The notes beneath the pieces are model-generated. The model was not told the origin of the DNA and ran no database searches. It saw nothing but the letters and a program-made list of their open reading frames with translations. Below are positions 48,051 to 57,199 of a stretch of DNA of 64,000 nt, piece by piece. Source of the stretch: Candidatus Omnitrophota bacterium (lineage in GTDB: Bacteria > Omnitrophota > Omnitrophia > Omnitrophales > Aquincolibacteriaceae); contig JBMONI010000002.1 of assembly GCA_049324575.1 (NCBI GenBank), forward strand, positions 92,804 through 156,803, in the 5' to 3' direction. Numbering within the stretch: the first letter of the stretch is position 1; every line of letters starts with the position of its first letter. The position numbers were made by a program, and so were the translations under genes.

Positions 48051-48271
48051 CCAGCCTTTTCCTTTGGGTTGAGGGACCGGATAAACTCAGACATTGTATC
48101 GCAAAGGCGGCAGCACGGAGAAGCCTTATTCGCGCGATTTCGCTTTGTCTTGGCTTGGGGGGTTTGTTATACTCCTCGCCGCAAAACGCCTTTGGACCCG
48201 CGGATCCCGAGATGGGTTTCCCCCCGCCTCCCAGGATCCGAGGGAATAATCCCCCGGGGACTCTGAACGCT

Positions 48272-49021
48272 ATGGAAAGACCCGATAGCCGCTCGCCGGA
48301 AAATCTTGCCGCCTTGTTCAAGAAACTGGGCGATATCCGTCACGACTTCCGGAACAAGAACCTGTACGCATTCCTGCTCGCCCGATTAAAGCCCGGTTCG
48401 CTCCTCGATATCGGATGCGGCGCCGGGCATTTTCTTCATCTCGCGCAAAAGGCGGGACACCCTATCACGGGGATCGAACCGAACGAAGGACTTATCGCGC
48501 TCGCTGAAAAACTTTACGGCAAACTCGATATCCGGAAACTCGCCGTCGAAGACCTAAGCGCGATCGACGAGCGTTACAACAATATCACCGTGATCGATGT
48601 GCTGGAACATATCGAAAAAGACGAGGAATTGCTGAAACGGCTCAAAAACCTTCTTGCCGCGAACGGGCGCCTGCACATCCTGGTCCCCTGCTACCAACAC
48701 CTTTACGGAAAAAGGGACCAGACGCTTGGCCATTACCGCCGTTACGAAAAAACGGATCTCGTCTCGAAACTCCGCCGGACGGGTTACGAGGTCCGCGAAA
48801 GCCGCTATTGGAATATGCTGGGATATGGGCCTTACTGGTTCGCGGAAAAACTCCTGAAGCGGGAGATCTCGGTCGCTCTCCGGACCCAGCGTAAAAAGAA
48901 CTTCGTTCAGAAATCGCTTTCACGGGTCCTGGATCTCTGGTTTAGGATTGTCGAAAACCGACTAAACCTGGGATTCGGTCTGAGCTTTTACTGCTCCGCT
49001 TCCCCTGCCAGGGTTCCCTGA
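48272..49021 (+). CDS. Class I SAM-dependent methyltransferase
   Basis: LLDIGCGAGHF motif I; start trimmed to ATG 48272. Confidence 0.75.
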   Translation: MERPDSRSPENLAALFKKLGDIRHDFRNKNLYAFLLARLKPGSLLDIGCGAGHFLHLAQKAGHPITGIEPNEGLIALAEKLYGKLDIRKLAVEDLSAIDERYNNITVIDVLEHIEKDEELLKRLKNLLAANGRLHILVPCYQHLYGKRDQTLGHYRRYEKTDLVSKLRRTGYEVRESRYWNMLGYGPYWFAEKLLKREISVALRTQRKKNFVQKSLSRVLDLWFRIVENRLNLGFGLSFYCSASPARVP

Positions 49022-49150
49022 GGTCGTTCCCTATATCCCTTCAGCCCCCTCCCTAAGCGTAGGGCATTTTCAAGCGCCCTTGACAAAATTTTTTCAACGC
49101 CTTGGAGGGCGCCCTTAAGGGTGCCCTACGTAAACAAAATGACGGGGATA

Positions 49151-50554
49151 TCAATAGGAAAGCGCTTTTTGTTTTTGAGGGACCGCGATGCTCACAGCCA
49201 TAAGCGCGATCCAGGAGACCGCAAAAGCCATGAGCTGGGAGGGATAGGTTGATGGGAGGATGTTTGAAAAAACGATCCAGGCGAGGATCCCGCTCACGAG
49301 AGCGGCAAGCGCCCCGGCAGTACTCGCGCGTTTCCAGAACATCCCGGCGATCATTGGCGCAGAAACGCCGACGAGAAGGATCCCCCACGACTGCGTACAG
49401 AGCGTATAAACATTCTTGAAACAGATCGCCAGAAAAAGGGACGCGAGTCCCACGATCGGGATGCTCGCTTTGCACCAGCGCAGCCGGGCCGCATCATCAT
49501 ACTGAGGATGGAAATAGGCCGCGAGATTGTTCCCGATGATCCCGGCCGGGGCCAGAAGTGCGCTGTCCGCCGTGCTCATGATCGCCGAAAGCAGGGCCCC
49601 CACCATCAGCGCCCGAAGCGGAAGCGAGAGATATTTCTCGGAAAGCGCGAGAAGGATCGAATCGCCGGCGTTTTCGGGAAGCACAATCCTTCCCAAGATC
49701 CCGAGCAGGACAGGGATCATGCCGATGATCATGTAAAGCAACCCCGCAAGGACCGCGCTCCACCGCGCGATCGTCTCATTCCTCGGCGCCATGATGCGCT
49801 GAAAAAGATCCTGGGCCGGAAGAGAGCCAATCCCCACGATCATCCAGGCCTGAGCGTAGGAAAGCCAAGCAAGCGCGCCGCCCTCGCGCGGGTAAAAATG
49901 GAAAAAATGATCGGGGATCTGCGCCCGGGCCGTCTGCCATCCACCGAGATCCGAAAGAAGGACCGGGAAAAGGATGCCGAGCCCGAGGATAATGAAGAAC
50001 ATCTGGACAAGATCCGTTGCGGCGACGGCCCACATCCCCCCTGAATACGTATACAAAAGAACGACCGCAGTCGCCGTCGCGACGGCCACACTCACCGGAA
50101 GTCCGGTCAGGGAATGAAGAATAAGCCCGAAGGCCAGCAGCTGGCCGCCGACCCACCCCAGATAAACGGGGACATAGAGCAACCCGAAGATCGAGGCGGT
50201 TTTTTTTCCATAACGAGCCTCGAAAAAATGAATGATCGTCGTAAACCCGAACCGGCGGAAAAAACGAACAAAAAAAAGTCCGCTCAGGATCAGGCACAGA
50301 CCCGCGCCGAAAGGATCGGCGATGACCCCCAGGATCCCCTGCTCATAGGCTGTGCGGGAAGACCCCATGCAAGTCTCGGCCCCGAACCAAGTCGCAAAAA
50401 GAGTCCCGAGACTGAGCCATCCCCCAAGCCTTCCTCCCGCGACGATATAATCCCTTGTATTGTGGATCTTCCCGCTGGCCCAGAATCCGATCGCAAGCAT
50501 CACGGCCATATACACGGCCACGCTGACCACGAGAACGATCTGAGATCCTGTCAT
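49151..50554 (-). CDS. Sodium:solute symporter (SSS) family transporter
   Basis: 13-TM SSF fold, ...YIVAGGRLGGWLSLGTLFATWFGAETCMG... Confidence 0.85.
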   Translation of the reverse strand: MTGSQIVLVVSVAVYMAVMLAIGFWASGKIHNTRDYIVAGGRLGGWLSLGTLFATWFGAETCMGSSRTAYEQGILGVIADPFGAGLCLILSGLFFVRFFRRFGFTTIIHFFEARYGKKTASIFGLLYVPVYLGWVGGQLLAFGLILHSLTGLPVSVAVATATAVVLLYTYSGGMWAVAATDLVQMFFIILGLGILFPVLLSDLGGWQTARAQIPDHFFHFYPREGGALAWLSYAQAWMIVGIGSLPAQDLFQRIMAPRNETIARWSAVLAGLLYMIIGMIPVLLGILGRIVLPENAGDSILLALSEKYLSLPLRALMVGALLSAIMSTADSALLAPAGIIGNNLAAYFHPQYDDAARLRWCKASIPIVGLASLFLAICFKNVYTLCTQSWGILLVGVSAPMIAGMFWKRASTAGALAALVSGILAWIVFSNILPSTYPSQLMAFAVSWIALMAVSIAVPQKQKALSY

Positions 50555-50587
50555 GAAGGCTATCTCCCGAGCAAGAGGGCAGAAGGA

Positions 50588-52012
50588 TCAGCCCTTAAGT
50601 GCGGCCACGATCTGGGTAAGAGTCTTCTTTGCATCGCCGAAGACCATCATCGTGTTCGGATGGACGAAAAGCTCGTTCTCGATCCCCGCAAAACCAGGGT
50701 TCATACTGCGCTTGAGGACAAGGGTCGCCTTCGATTGGTCGACATTGAGAATCGGCATCCCGAAGATCGGGCTGCCGGGCGTATTCCTGGCGGCCGGATT
50801 CACCACGTCGTTGGCTCCGACGACGATCGAAACATCGGTGCGCGGAAATTCATCGTTGATCGCCTCGAGCTCGAAAAGCTGGTCATACGGCACATTCGCC
50901 TCGGCAAGAAGCACATTCATATGCCCGGGCATCCGTCCCGCGACCGGATGGATCGCGTATTTGACCGAGGTGCCGTTCTTCTCGAGCTGCTCGGCCACAT
51001 CGCGTACAGCATGCTGCGCCTGCGCCACCGCCATCCCGTAGCCGGGAACGATAATGACGGAATTGGCCACCTTCAAAAGCTCGGCAGCCTCTTCGGGCGA
51101 GCATTCCCGAACGGCTCCCCCCTTCGCTTCCGCCACAGCACCCTTGGCCTCTTTGCCGAACGCCCCGAAGATCACGTTACCGAAAGAACGGTTCATCGCT
51201 TTGCTCATGATGACCGCCAGAATGAACCCCGAACCGCCGTCAAGCGATCCGCAGACGATCAGCACGGGATTATTGAGAGCGAAACCCGTTGCGGCCGCGG
51301 CCAGTCCGGCATAAGAATTCAGAAGACAGATCACGACCGGCATATCCGCGCCTCCGATCCGCACGACGAAAAGGATCCCTAGAATGAAAGCGATCGCGGT
51401 CAGGATCCAGAAGAGGACCGGCTGATTCGGCTCAATGACAAGAAGGATCATCATCGTTAGCGCGGTCGCAAGCAAAAGAAGATTCAGCGCATTTTGCCCC
51501 CTGAAAGTCTGGGGCCGACCGGGCAGGATCCCCTGCAGCTTCCCGAACGCCATCAAGCTCCCGGTAAAGGTCAGAGCGCCGAGCAGGACCTCGAAACCGA
51601 TCGCGCCCGCAAAGAAACGCTCCAGGTGTTCGTGGTGATTGGTGTATTTGGCGATCCCGACGAGCGCGACCGCGAGTCCGCCGAACGCATGCGAAAGAGC
51701 GATCCGTTCCGGCATTTTGGTCATCGGGATCCAAAGACCCATCGGGATCCCGATCAGCGTCCCCACGATCAGCCCGCCGGCGATCCACTCATAGGTCACG
51801 ATCCCCCGGTGGACCAGGGTACCCGCTACCGCAATGAGCATTGCGATCACCGCCATCATCATGCCGCGGCGTGCCGTATCGGCTTTGGAAAGTCCGTGCA
51901 GACCGAAAATGAAAAGCAGCGATGAAATGAAGAGCGAAACAAGGTAGACAATCTGCCGAAGATCGACCGCCCCAGCCGTTTCCTGCCCCGGGAACACCGC
52001 AAGCGCGATCAT
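50588..52012 (-). CDS. pntB: NAD(P) transhydrogenase subunit beta
   Basis: ...SVIIVPGYGMAVAQAQHAVRDVAEQLEKNGTSVKYAIHPVAGRMPGHMNVLLAEANVPYD... dIII NADP-binding domain. Confidence 0.95.
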   Translation of the reverse strand: MIALAVFPGQETAGAVDLRQIVYLVSLFISSLLFIFGLHGLSKADTARRGMMMAVIAMLIAVAGTLVHRGIVTYEWIAGGLIVGTLIGIPMGLWIPMTKMPERIALSHAFGGLAVALVGIAKYTNHHEHLERFFAGAIGFEVLLGALTFTGSLMAFGKLQGILPGRPQTFRGQNALNLLLLATALTMMILLVIEPNQPVLFWILTAIAFILGILFVVRIGGADMPVVICLLNSYAGLAAAATGFALNNPVLIVCGSLDGGSGFILAVIMSKAMNRSFGNVIFGAFGKEAKGAVAEAKGGAVRECSPEEAAELLKVANSVIIVPGYGMAVAQAQHAVRDVAEQLEKNGTSVKYAIHPVAGRMPGHMNVLLAEANVPYDQLFELEAINDEFPRTDVSIVVGANDVVNPAARNTPGSPIFGMPILNVDQSKATLVLKRSMNPGFAGIENELFVHPNTMMVFGDAKKTLTQIVAALKG

Positions 52013-52308
52013 GCCTTGGCCTTTTCTTTCTTGCGGAACATTTTGAGCATGCGGTCCGTGATCAAAAATCCGCCCACGACGTTGATCGTCGCTGCGCCTA
52101 CGGCCACAGCCCCAAGGATGGAACTGGTGAGATTGCGCCCTTCGCCGGCGATCACCAGGGAGGCAACCAGCGAGATCCCCGAGATCGCGTTCGTGAAAGC
52201 CATCAGCGGCGTATGCAAAAGCTGCGGAACTTTCGAAATGATCTGGTACCCGCAGAAGATCGAAAGCGCGAACACATAGAGAAGAATGATGAAATACTCT
52301 AGCGGCAT
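52009..52308 (-). CDS. pntAB: NAD(P) transhydrogenase subunit alpha part 2 (membrane dII piece)
   Basis: 99-aa three-TM protein; 4-nt overlap with pntB. Confidence 0.88.
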   Translation of the reverse strand: MPLEYFIILLYVFALSIFCGYQIISKVPQLLHTPLMAFTNAISGISLVASLVIAGEGRNLTSSILGAVAVGAATINVVGGFLITDRMLKMFRKKEKAKA

Positions 52309-52462
52309 CGTTTCAAATCCTTTGTTGCATGTCTCTTAAATACCCAAGATACCGGATTTCGGCACGATCAGCGGGTATTATATCCTTCCGCGCAAAATTT
52401 CAAAACGAATTCCCCGCCGCCGGCCCGAGATCCCCCGGCAAAACTTCGGGGCCGGTTCGGAT

Positions 52463-52792
52463 TCACCATTTTTTGAAAATGAAAAAGACCGCTCCGATCA
52501 GGAATGCGAAACCGACGAGATAATTCCACTTCAGTTCTTCCCGAAGATAAAACACGGAAAAAAAACAGAAAACCACGAGCGTAATGACCTCTTGGATCGT
52601 CTTCAGCTGGGCGGTCGAAAAATGCATGGATCCGATCCGGTTGGCCGGGACCTGGAAGCAATACTCGAAGAACGCGATCAGCCAACTCACCAATACCACG
52701 ATCCAGAGTGCCTTATGCTTGAACCGCAGATGGCCGTACCAGGCAAAGGTCATAAAAATATTCGAAATCGTCAGCAATGCGACTGTTCTCAT
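52463..52792 (-). CDS. DUF486-like small 4-TM (DMT-superfamily) membrane protein
   Basis: Hydrophobicity pattern; WYGHLRF motif. Confidence 0.45.
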   Translation of the reverse strand: MRTVALLTISNIFMTFAWYGHLRFKHKALWIVVLVSWLIAFFEYCFQVPANRIGSMHFSTAQLKTIQEVITLVVFCFFSVFYLREELKWNYLVGFAFLIGAVFFIFKKW

Positions 52793-52828
52793 AGCCGGAT
52801 CTCTGTTTATCCCTGGCCGCAGAAAGCG

Positions 52829-53389
52829 TCAGGCCGCAAGATGCTCCAAAAGGATCTTGAGCCCAAGCCCCGCGAGGATAATCCCCCCTAAAATTTTAAC
52901 TTTTTGCTGGAGTCCCTGGCCGAATCTTTTTCCGATCTGGACCCCGATACAGGAAAGGAAAAAGGTCACGGCTCCGATCAAAACTGCCGCAAGCCCGATA
53001 GGGACCTCAAGGAACGCAAATCCGATCCCCGCCACAAACGCATCGATACTGGTCGCAAGCGAAAGTGCAAAAAGCACATCCGCCCTGAGCGGATCGAAGA
53101 GCCTCCCTGCCCCAGGCGGCCGCAGGCCTTCCGCGATCATCTTCCCGCCGAGCAGTCCCAGCAGTCCAAAAGCAATCCAGTGGTCGACATTCGTGATCAG
53201 GGCCCGCAAACCGCTCCCCGCGAACCCTCCCAAGACCGGCATGAACGCTTGGAAGATCCCGAATGAAAGACCGATCTTTAGCGCGTCCGTCATCCGGGGA
53301 CGGGGGATGATAAAACCGCTCATGACCGCGACGGCAAAAGCATCCATCGCCAGGGCAAATGCCAGAATAAAAAGTTCGGGGAAATTCAT
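52829..53389 (-). CDS. mntP: Manganese efflux pump MntP
   Basis: MNFPELFILAFALAMDAFAVAV...SIDAFVAGIGFA... twin DAF motifs. Confidence 0.9.
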   Translation of the reverse strand: MNFPELFILAFALAMDAFAVAVMSGFIIPRPRMTDALKIGLSFGIFQAFMPVLGGFAGSGLRALITNVDHWIAFGLLGLLGGKMIAEGLRPPGAGRLFDPLRADVLFALSLATSIDAFVAGIGFAFLEVPIGLAAVLIGAVTFFLSCIGVQIGKRFGQGLQQKVKILGGIILAGLGLKILLEHLAA

Positions 53390-53404
53390 GAAGGATCCGG
53401 AATT

Positions 53405-53737
53405 TTAGCGGTTACGGCGGGCGGCATAAGCAAAAGCGAAAAAATATTTTTTCCAGGAATCGGAGGTTGAGCAGTACTCATTGTCCCCCAAAAAATAGTC
53501 CGCCAAAGTTTCTCGGACACGAGCGATCTCGCGACGACGGGCGGAAGTATGGGAATTCGCCAACGTAAGGTCGGTTAGCTCCAAAGCACGCTCCGCCGCC
53601 TTGACCGAATAAGCGGCATTCCCCCGATCCTTCCACAGAAGAGCCCTTTCGACTTCACTGCCGATATGGGCCATCTGCTCGAGAAAAGGCCTCTGAGCCC
53701 ATCGACCAGACGCCTCCTCGCGATGCTGAACGTTCAC
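53405..53737 (-). CDS. Hypothetical protein
   Basis: ORF only; 4-nt overlap with upstream ORF. Confidence 0.35.
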   Translation of the reverse strand: MNVQHREEASGRWAQRPFLEQMAHIGSEVERALLWKDRGNAAYSVKAAERALELTDLTLANSHTSARRREIARVRETLADYFLGDNEYCSTSDSWKKYFFAFAYAARRNR

Positions 53738-54075
53738 GGAACGATCCTCTGCCTGACGATCGCAACGATCCGCTCCCGGATATCGGCACGTTCGACGCCC
53801 CGGCTCCGGTTCCCCTGCGAGGGACGTATGTTGATCATCGAATCAAACTCCACGAATTCCCCAGGCGGAAGCTCCGGGTAAAGATTGATGCCCCACAGAT
53901 CCTGCTGCCTTGAACCGGCCTCCAGAAGTACGGCCTCGAGATCCGAATGCAGTTCCGCGTCAACAGCCAAAAGCCCTCGTTCGATATCCACGACCGCCTT
54001 GACCATATTGCCAAAAAGCGCCGCGGCCATTTCTTCCAGACGCGAGAATTTCAGAGTATTTTCGATGATCTCCAT
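53734..54075 (-). CDS. Hypothetical protein
   Basis: ORF only. Confidence 0.35.
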   Translation of the reverse strand: MEIIENTLKFSRLEEMAAALFGNMVKAVVDIERGLLAVDAELHSDLEAVLLEAGSRQQDLWGINLYPELPPGEFVEFDSMINIRPSQGNRSRGVERADIRERIVAIVRQRIVP

Positions 54076-54145
54076 AGAATGGCTTTCGTGAGTTCCTTAA
54101 ACGGAGGATTATACCCGGGAACCCGGGTTTGCGATAATCGAAATA

Positions 54146-54568
54146 TCAGCCGATCTTCAGAAGCCAGATCCCCGCGATGACCAAGACCGCTCCGGCGATC
54201 TTCCAAACGCTGAGCGATTCCCCCAAAAAAAGCACGCCGAGCAGGAAGGCGATCAAAGGATAACTGCCCGAGATCGGAACGACCTTGGAGACATCCCCGA
54301 GTTTGAGACCGTTATAAAAACAGATCTGTGCTACAAAGCTCGCCAGAAATCCGCTGAGGATAAGCAATACGACCGAACGCACTTCGACCGCACGGATATC
54401 CTCAGGTTTGACCATGAAAAGCCCGAGCAGGATGACGCCGATCACAACCCCAAAACACCGATAGAACAGGCCGGCCAGGGGCCGAACGTTCACAAGCCCC
54501 GCCTTTTCCAAGATGGGAACCAGACCCCAGATCACCGCCGCCAGGATCGACCATAGAAAAGCGCTCAT
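54146..54568 (-). CDS. EamA-like small DMT transporter
   Basis: 140-aa 4-TM protein with EamA-like pattern. Confidence 0.55.
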   Translation of the reverse strand: MSAFLWSILAAVIWGLVPILEKAGLVNVRPLAGLFYRCFGVVIGVILLGLFMVKPEDIRAVEVRSVVLLILSGFLASFVAQICFYNGLKLGDVSKVVPISGSYPLIAFLLGVLFLGESLSVWKIAGAVLVIAGIWLLKIG

Positions 54569-54744
54569 TCCCTCTCCTTGCCGCTCAGAAAGAAGTCCGG
54601 AAGGATTCCCCGAAACGGCCTATCGAGCGCAAACATTACCGCTGTCAAAGTGGATTTTCAATAAAAAATTTCCAGTCTTCCAGGCCGGGAAAAGACCTTT
54701 GGGTTCAAGGAAAAGACACTGCTCCTCACGGAAGCAGGGAAAAA

Positions 54745-56385
54745 TCAGCCAGAAGGAGGGAGTAAACGGAACCAGTAAAAGGTGTGCGGCCCCAGGGTGA
54801 AAAAATAAGGCAAGTCGCCGATCTTTGGAAACCGCGTATTCCCCCACAATTCGAGAGGTTCCCATCCGCTATAGCGGTGGAGTTCCAGCTCGACCGGCTG
54901 GACATAACGGGATAGGTTATTGACGATCAGCAAGGTCTCGTCCTTATACGCGCGGATATAAGCGAGGATCTTCGGATTTTTATGCCGTAGGAATTCAACG
55001 GTCCCCCGGCCGAACGCCTTGAAATTTTTTCGCACACGGATCATCCTTTTCGTCCAGTTCAAGAAAGAGGATTGGGTCATGTTCTGGGCTTCCACATTGA
55101 TCGCCTGATAGCCGTAGACCGGATCGATGATGACCGGCGCATAAAGTTTATCGGAGCTGACTTCCGAGAACCCCGCATTCCGGTTCCCGTTCCATTGCAT
55201 GGGAGTCCGGACCCCGTTGCGATCGCCAAGATGGATATTGTCGCCCATGCCGATCTCGTCCCCGTAATAGATAATCGGCGTCCCCGGCAAACTGAACAGG
55301 AGGCTGTTCAAGAGCTCCATCTGACGCCGCCCGTTGTTCATGAGCGGAGCCAGCCGGCGCCGGATCCCCAGGTTCAATTTGGCCTTCGGATCCGAAGCGT
55401 ATTCGCGGTACATATAGTCCCGCTCTTCGTCCGTGACCTTTTCCAGGGTCAGCTCGTCATGATTGCGCAGGAAAACGGCCCACTGGCAATTCTCGGGGAT
55501 CGCCGGCGTCCGCTGCATGATCTCAAGGATCGGAGTTTGGTCTTCTTTTCGGATCGCCATGAAAATACGCGGCATGAGCGGAAAATGGAACGCCATGTGA
55601 CATTCGTCACCCTCCCCGTAATAGGGGCGGACATCCTCCGGCCACTGATTCGCTTCCGCCAGCAAGATCGCATCCTTGGAGATCGCGTCCAATTTGGCGC
55701 GTAATTTTTTGAGGAAGGCGTGCGTTTCGGGAAGATTCTCACAAGAAGTGCCTTCCCGTTCAAAAAGATAGGGAACCGCGTCGAGCCGGAATCCGTCAAC
55801 GCCCATCTTGAGCCAAAAAGCGAGAACCTCTTCCATTTCGCGGCACACCTCGGGATTGTCAAAATTGAGATCCGGCTGATGGCTGAAAAACCGGTGCCAG
55901 TAGTATTGGCCCGAAACCGGATCATGGGTCCAATTGGATTTTTCCGTATCCGAAAAAATAATCCTGGCTTCCTTGTATTTTTGGGGGTCCTCGGTCCAAA
56001 CGTAGTAATCCCTCTTGGGAGAGTCCTTGGACGAACGGGCTTCTTTGAACCAGGCATGCTCATCCGAAGTGTGGTTGGGCACAAGCTCAATAATGACCTT
56101 GATGCCGTGGTGGTGCGCTTCCTTCACGAAGGCTTTGAAATCCGCGAGGGCCCCGTACTCGGCAGCCACTTCGCGAAAATCGGAGATATCATAGCCGTCA
56201 TCTTTCAGGGGACTTTTGTAAAACGGCAGGAGCCAAAGGCAGTTGACCCCAAGCTCCCGGAGATAATCGAGTTTTTTCGTCAAACCCGGAAAATCGCCAT
56301 ACCCGTTCGAATTCGAATCCAAAAAAGCTTTGACATGGACCTGATAAATGATCGCGTCCTTATACCAAAGAGGGTCCTGCGCCAT
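54745..56385 (-). CDS. treS: Trehalose synthase / maltose alpha-D-glucosyltransferase (GH13)
   Basis: WYKDAIIYQVHVKAFLDSNSNGYGDFPGLTKKLDYLRELGVNCLWLLPFYKSPLKDDGYDISDF... near-identical to TreS N-terminus. Confidence 0.9.
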   Translation of the reverse strand: MAQDPLWYKDAIIYQVHVKAFLDSNSNGYGDFPGLTKKLDYLRELGVNCLWLLPFYKSPLKDDGYDISDFREVAAEYGALADFKAFVKEAHHHGIKVIIELVPNHTSDEHAWFKEARSSKDSPKRDYYVWTEDPQKYKEARIIFSDTEKSNWTHDPVSGQYYWHRFFSHQPDLNFDNPEVCREMEEVLAFWLKMGVDGFRLDAVPYLFEREGTSCENLPETHAFLKKLRAKLDAISKDAILLAEANQWPEDVRPYYGEGDECHMAFHFPLMPRIFMAIRKEDQTPILEIMQRTPAIPENCQWAVFLRNHDELTLEKVTDEERDYMYREYASDPKAKLNLGIRRRLAPLMNNGRRQMELLNSLLFSLPGTPIIYYGDEIGMGDNIHLGDRNGVRTPMQWNGNRNAGFSEVSSDKLYAPVIIDPVYGYQAINVEAQNMTQSSFLNWTKRMIRVRKNFKAFGRGTVEFLRHKNPKILAYIRAYKDETLLIVNNLSRYVQPVELELHRYSGWEPLELWGNTRFPKIGDLPYFFTLGPHTFYWFRLLPPSG

Positions 56386-56387
56386 GG

Positions 56388-57197
56388 CTAACGATCTCCT
56401 GTCATCCGAACTTGAGCAAGCCGTTCCAAAAAATTCAGAACCGCCGCGGGGGAACGAAGCCGGTAATGCGCCGAAGTCCGCTTCCCGGCCCCTATCCGGA
56501 TCCCGATCCCCGACCTGTGCACGACCCGAAAAGCATCTTCATCGGTTTGATCATCCCCGAGATAGACCACCGTCGCTCGTTTCCGCCATGTCGACGGAAG
56601 TGTCTTCAGCAACGCCCGGACCGCTTTTCCTTTGTCCGTTCTTCCTCGTCTTGGGCGAATCTCCCACACCTTTTTCCCTTTTTTAAGCCGGAATAAAGAA
56701 GAGCCGGAGAAACGGCTCCATGTTCTTTCGACGATCCGCCGGACTTTTGCAACCTCGGACGTCTTAACTCGACGGTAATGAACGCTCAAAGTATAGATCT
56801 TGTTTTCGACCCAGGCTGCCGGAATCGGCCTGAGAGCGGCCCGAAGTTCACGCGCGAGATTCAAAACAGGCCCAACCAATCGCGCGGCCCAGGGATCGAC
56901 CCGCCTCCGGCAGCGAATTCTTTGCTCGAGCCCGTGATTGCCGACATAATCGATCTTCGGAAGACCGACAAGCCGGACAAGTTCCCGAAGATTTCTCCCG
57001 CTTACGATGGCCACCCTCGTTCGCGAAGCGCAGGCAAGCCGGCGAAGTGTTTCTTTGACGCGAAATGCCAATTTTGCTTCCGACGGGCGGCTCACGATCG
57101 GAGTCAGGGTCCCGTCATAATCACAGATCAAATACAAACATGTTACCGCCGCAAGACGGCGAGCCAGGTCCGGGGGAAGCGTGGAAGGCTTCGTCAT
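56388..57197 (-). CDS. otsB: Trehalose-6-phosphate phosphatase
   Basis: HAD motifs LICDYDGTL and VSGR; start trimmed to ATG 57197, 2 nt after the otsA stop. Confidence 0.85.
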   Translation of the reverse strand: MTKPSTLPPDLARRLAAVTCLYLICDYDGTLTPIVSRPSEAKLAFRVKETLRRLACASRTRVAIVSGRNLRELVRLVGLPKIDYVGNHGLEQRIRCRRRVDPWAARLVGPVLNLARELRAALRPIPAAWVENKIYTLSVHYRRVKTSEVAKVRRIVERTWSRFSGSSLFRLKKGKKVWEIRPRRGRTDKGKAVRALLKTLPSTWRKRATVVYLGDDQTDEDAFRVVHRSGIGIRIGAGKRTSAHYRLRSPAAVLNFLERLAQVRMTGDR

Positions 57198-57199
57198 GC

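Noticed and set aside
53390-53404. Looked for a yybP-ykoY (Mn) riboswitch upstream of mntP
   Set aside because: Only 15 nt separate mntP from the upstream ORF; no GGGGAGUAG-type core seen in the 54076-54145 or 54569-54744 leaders either.
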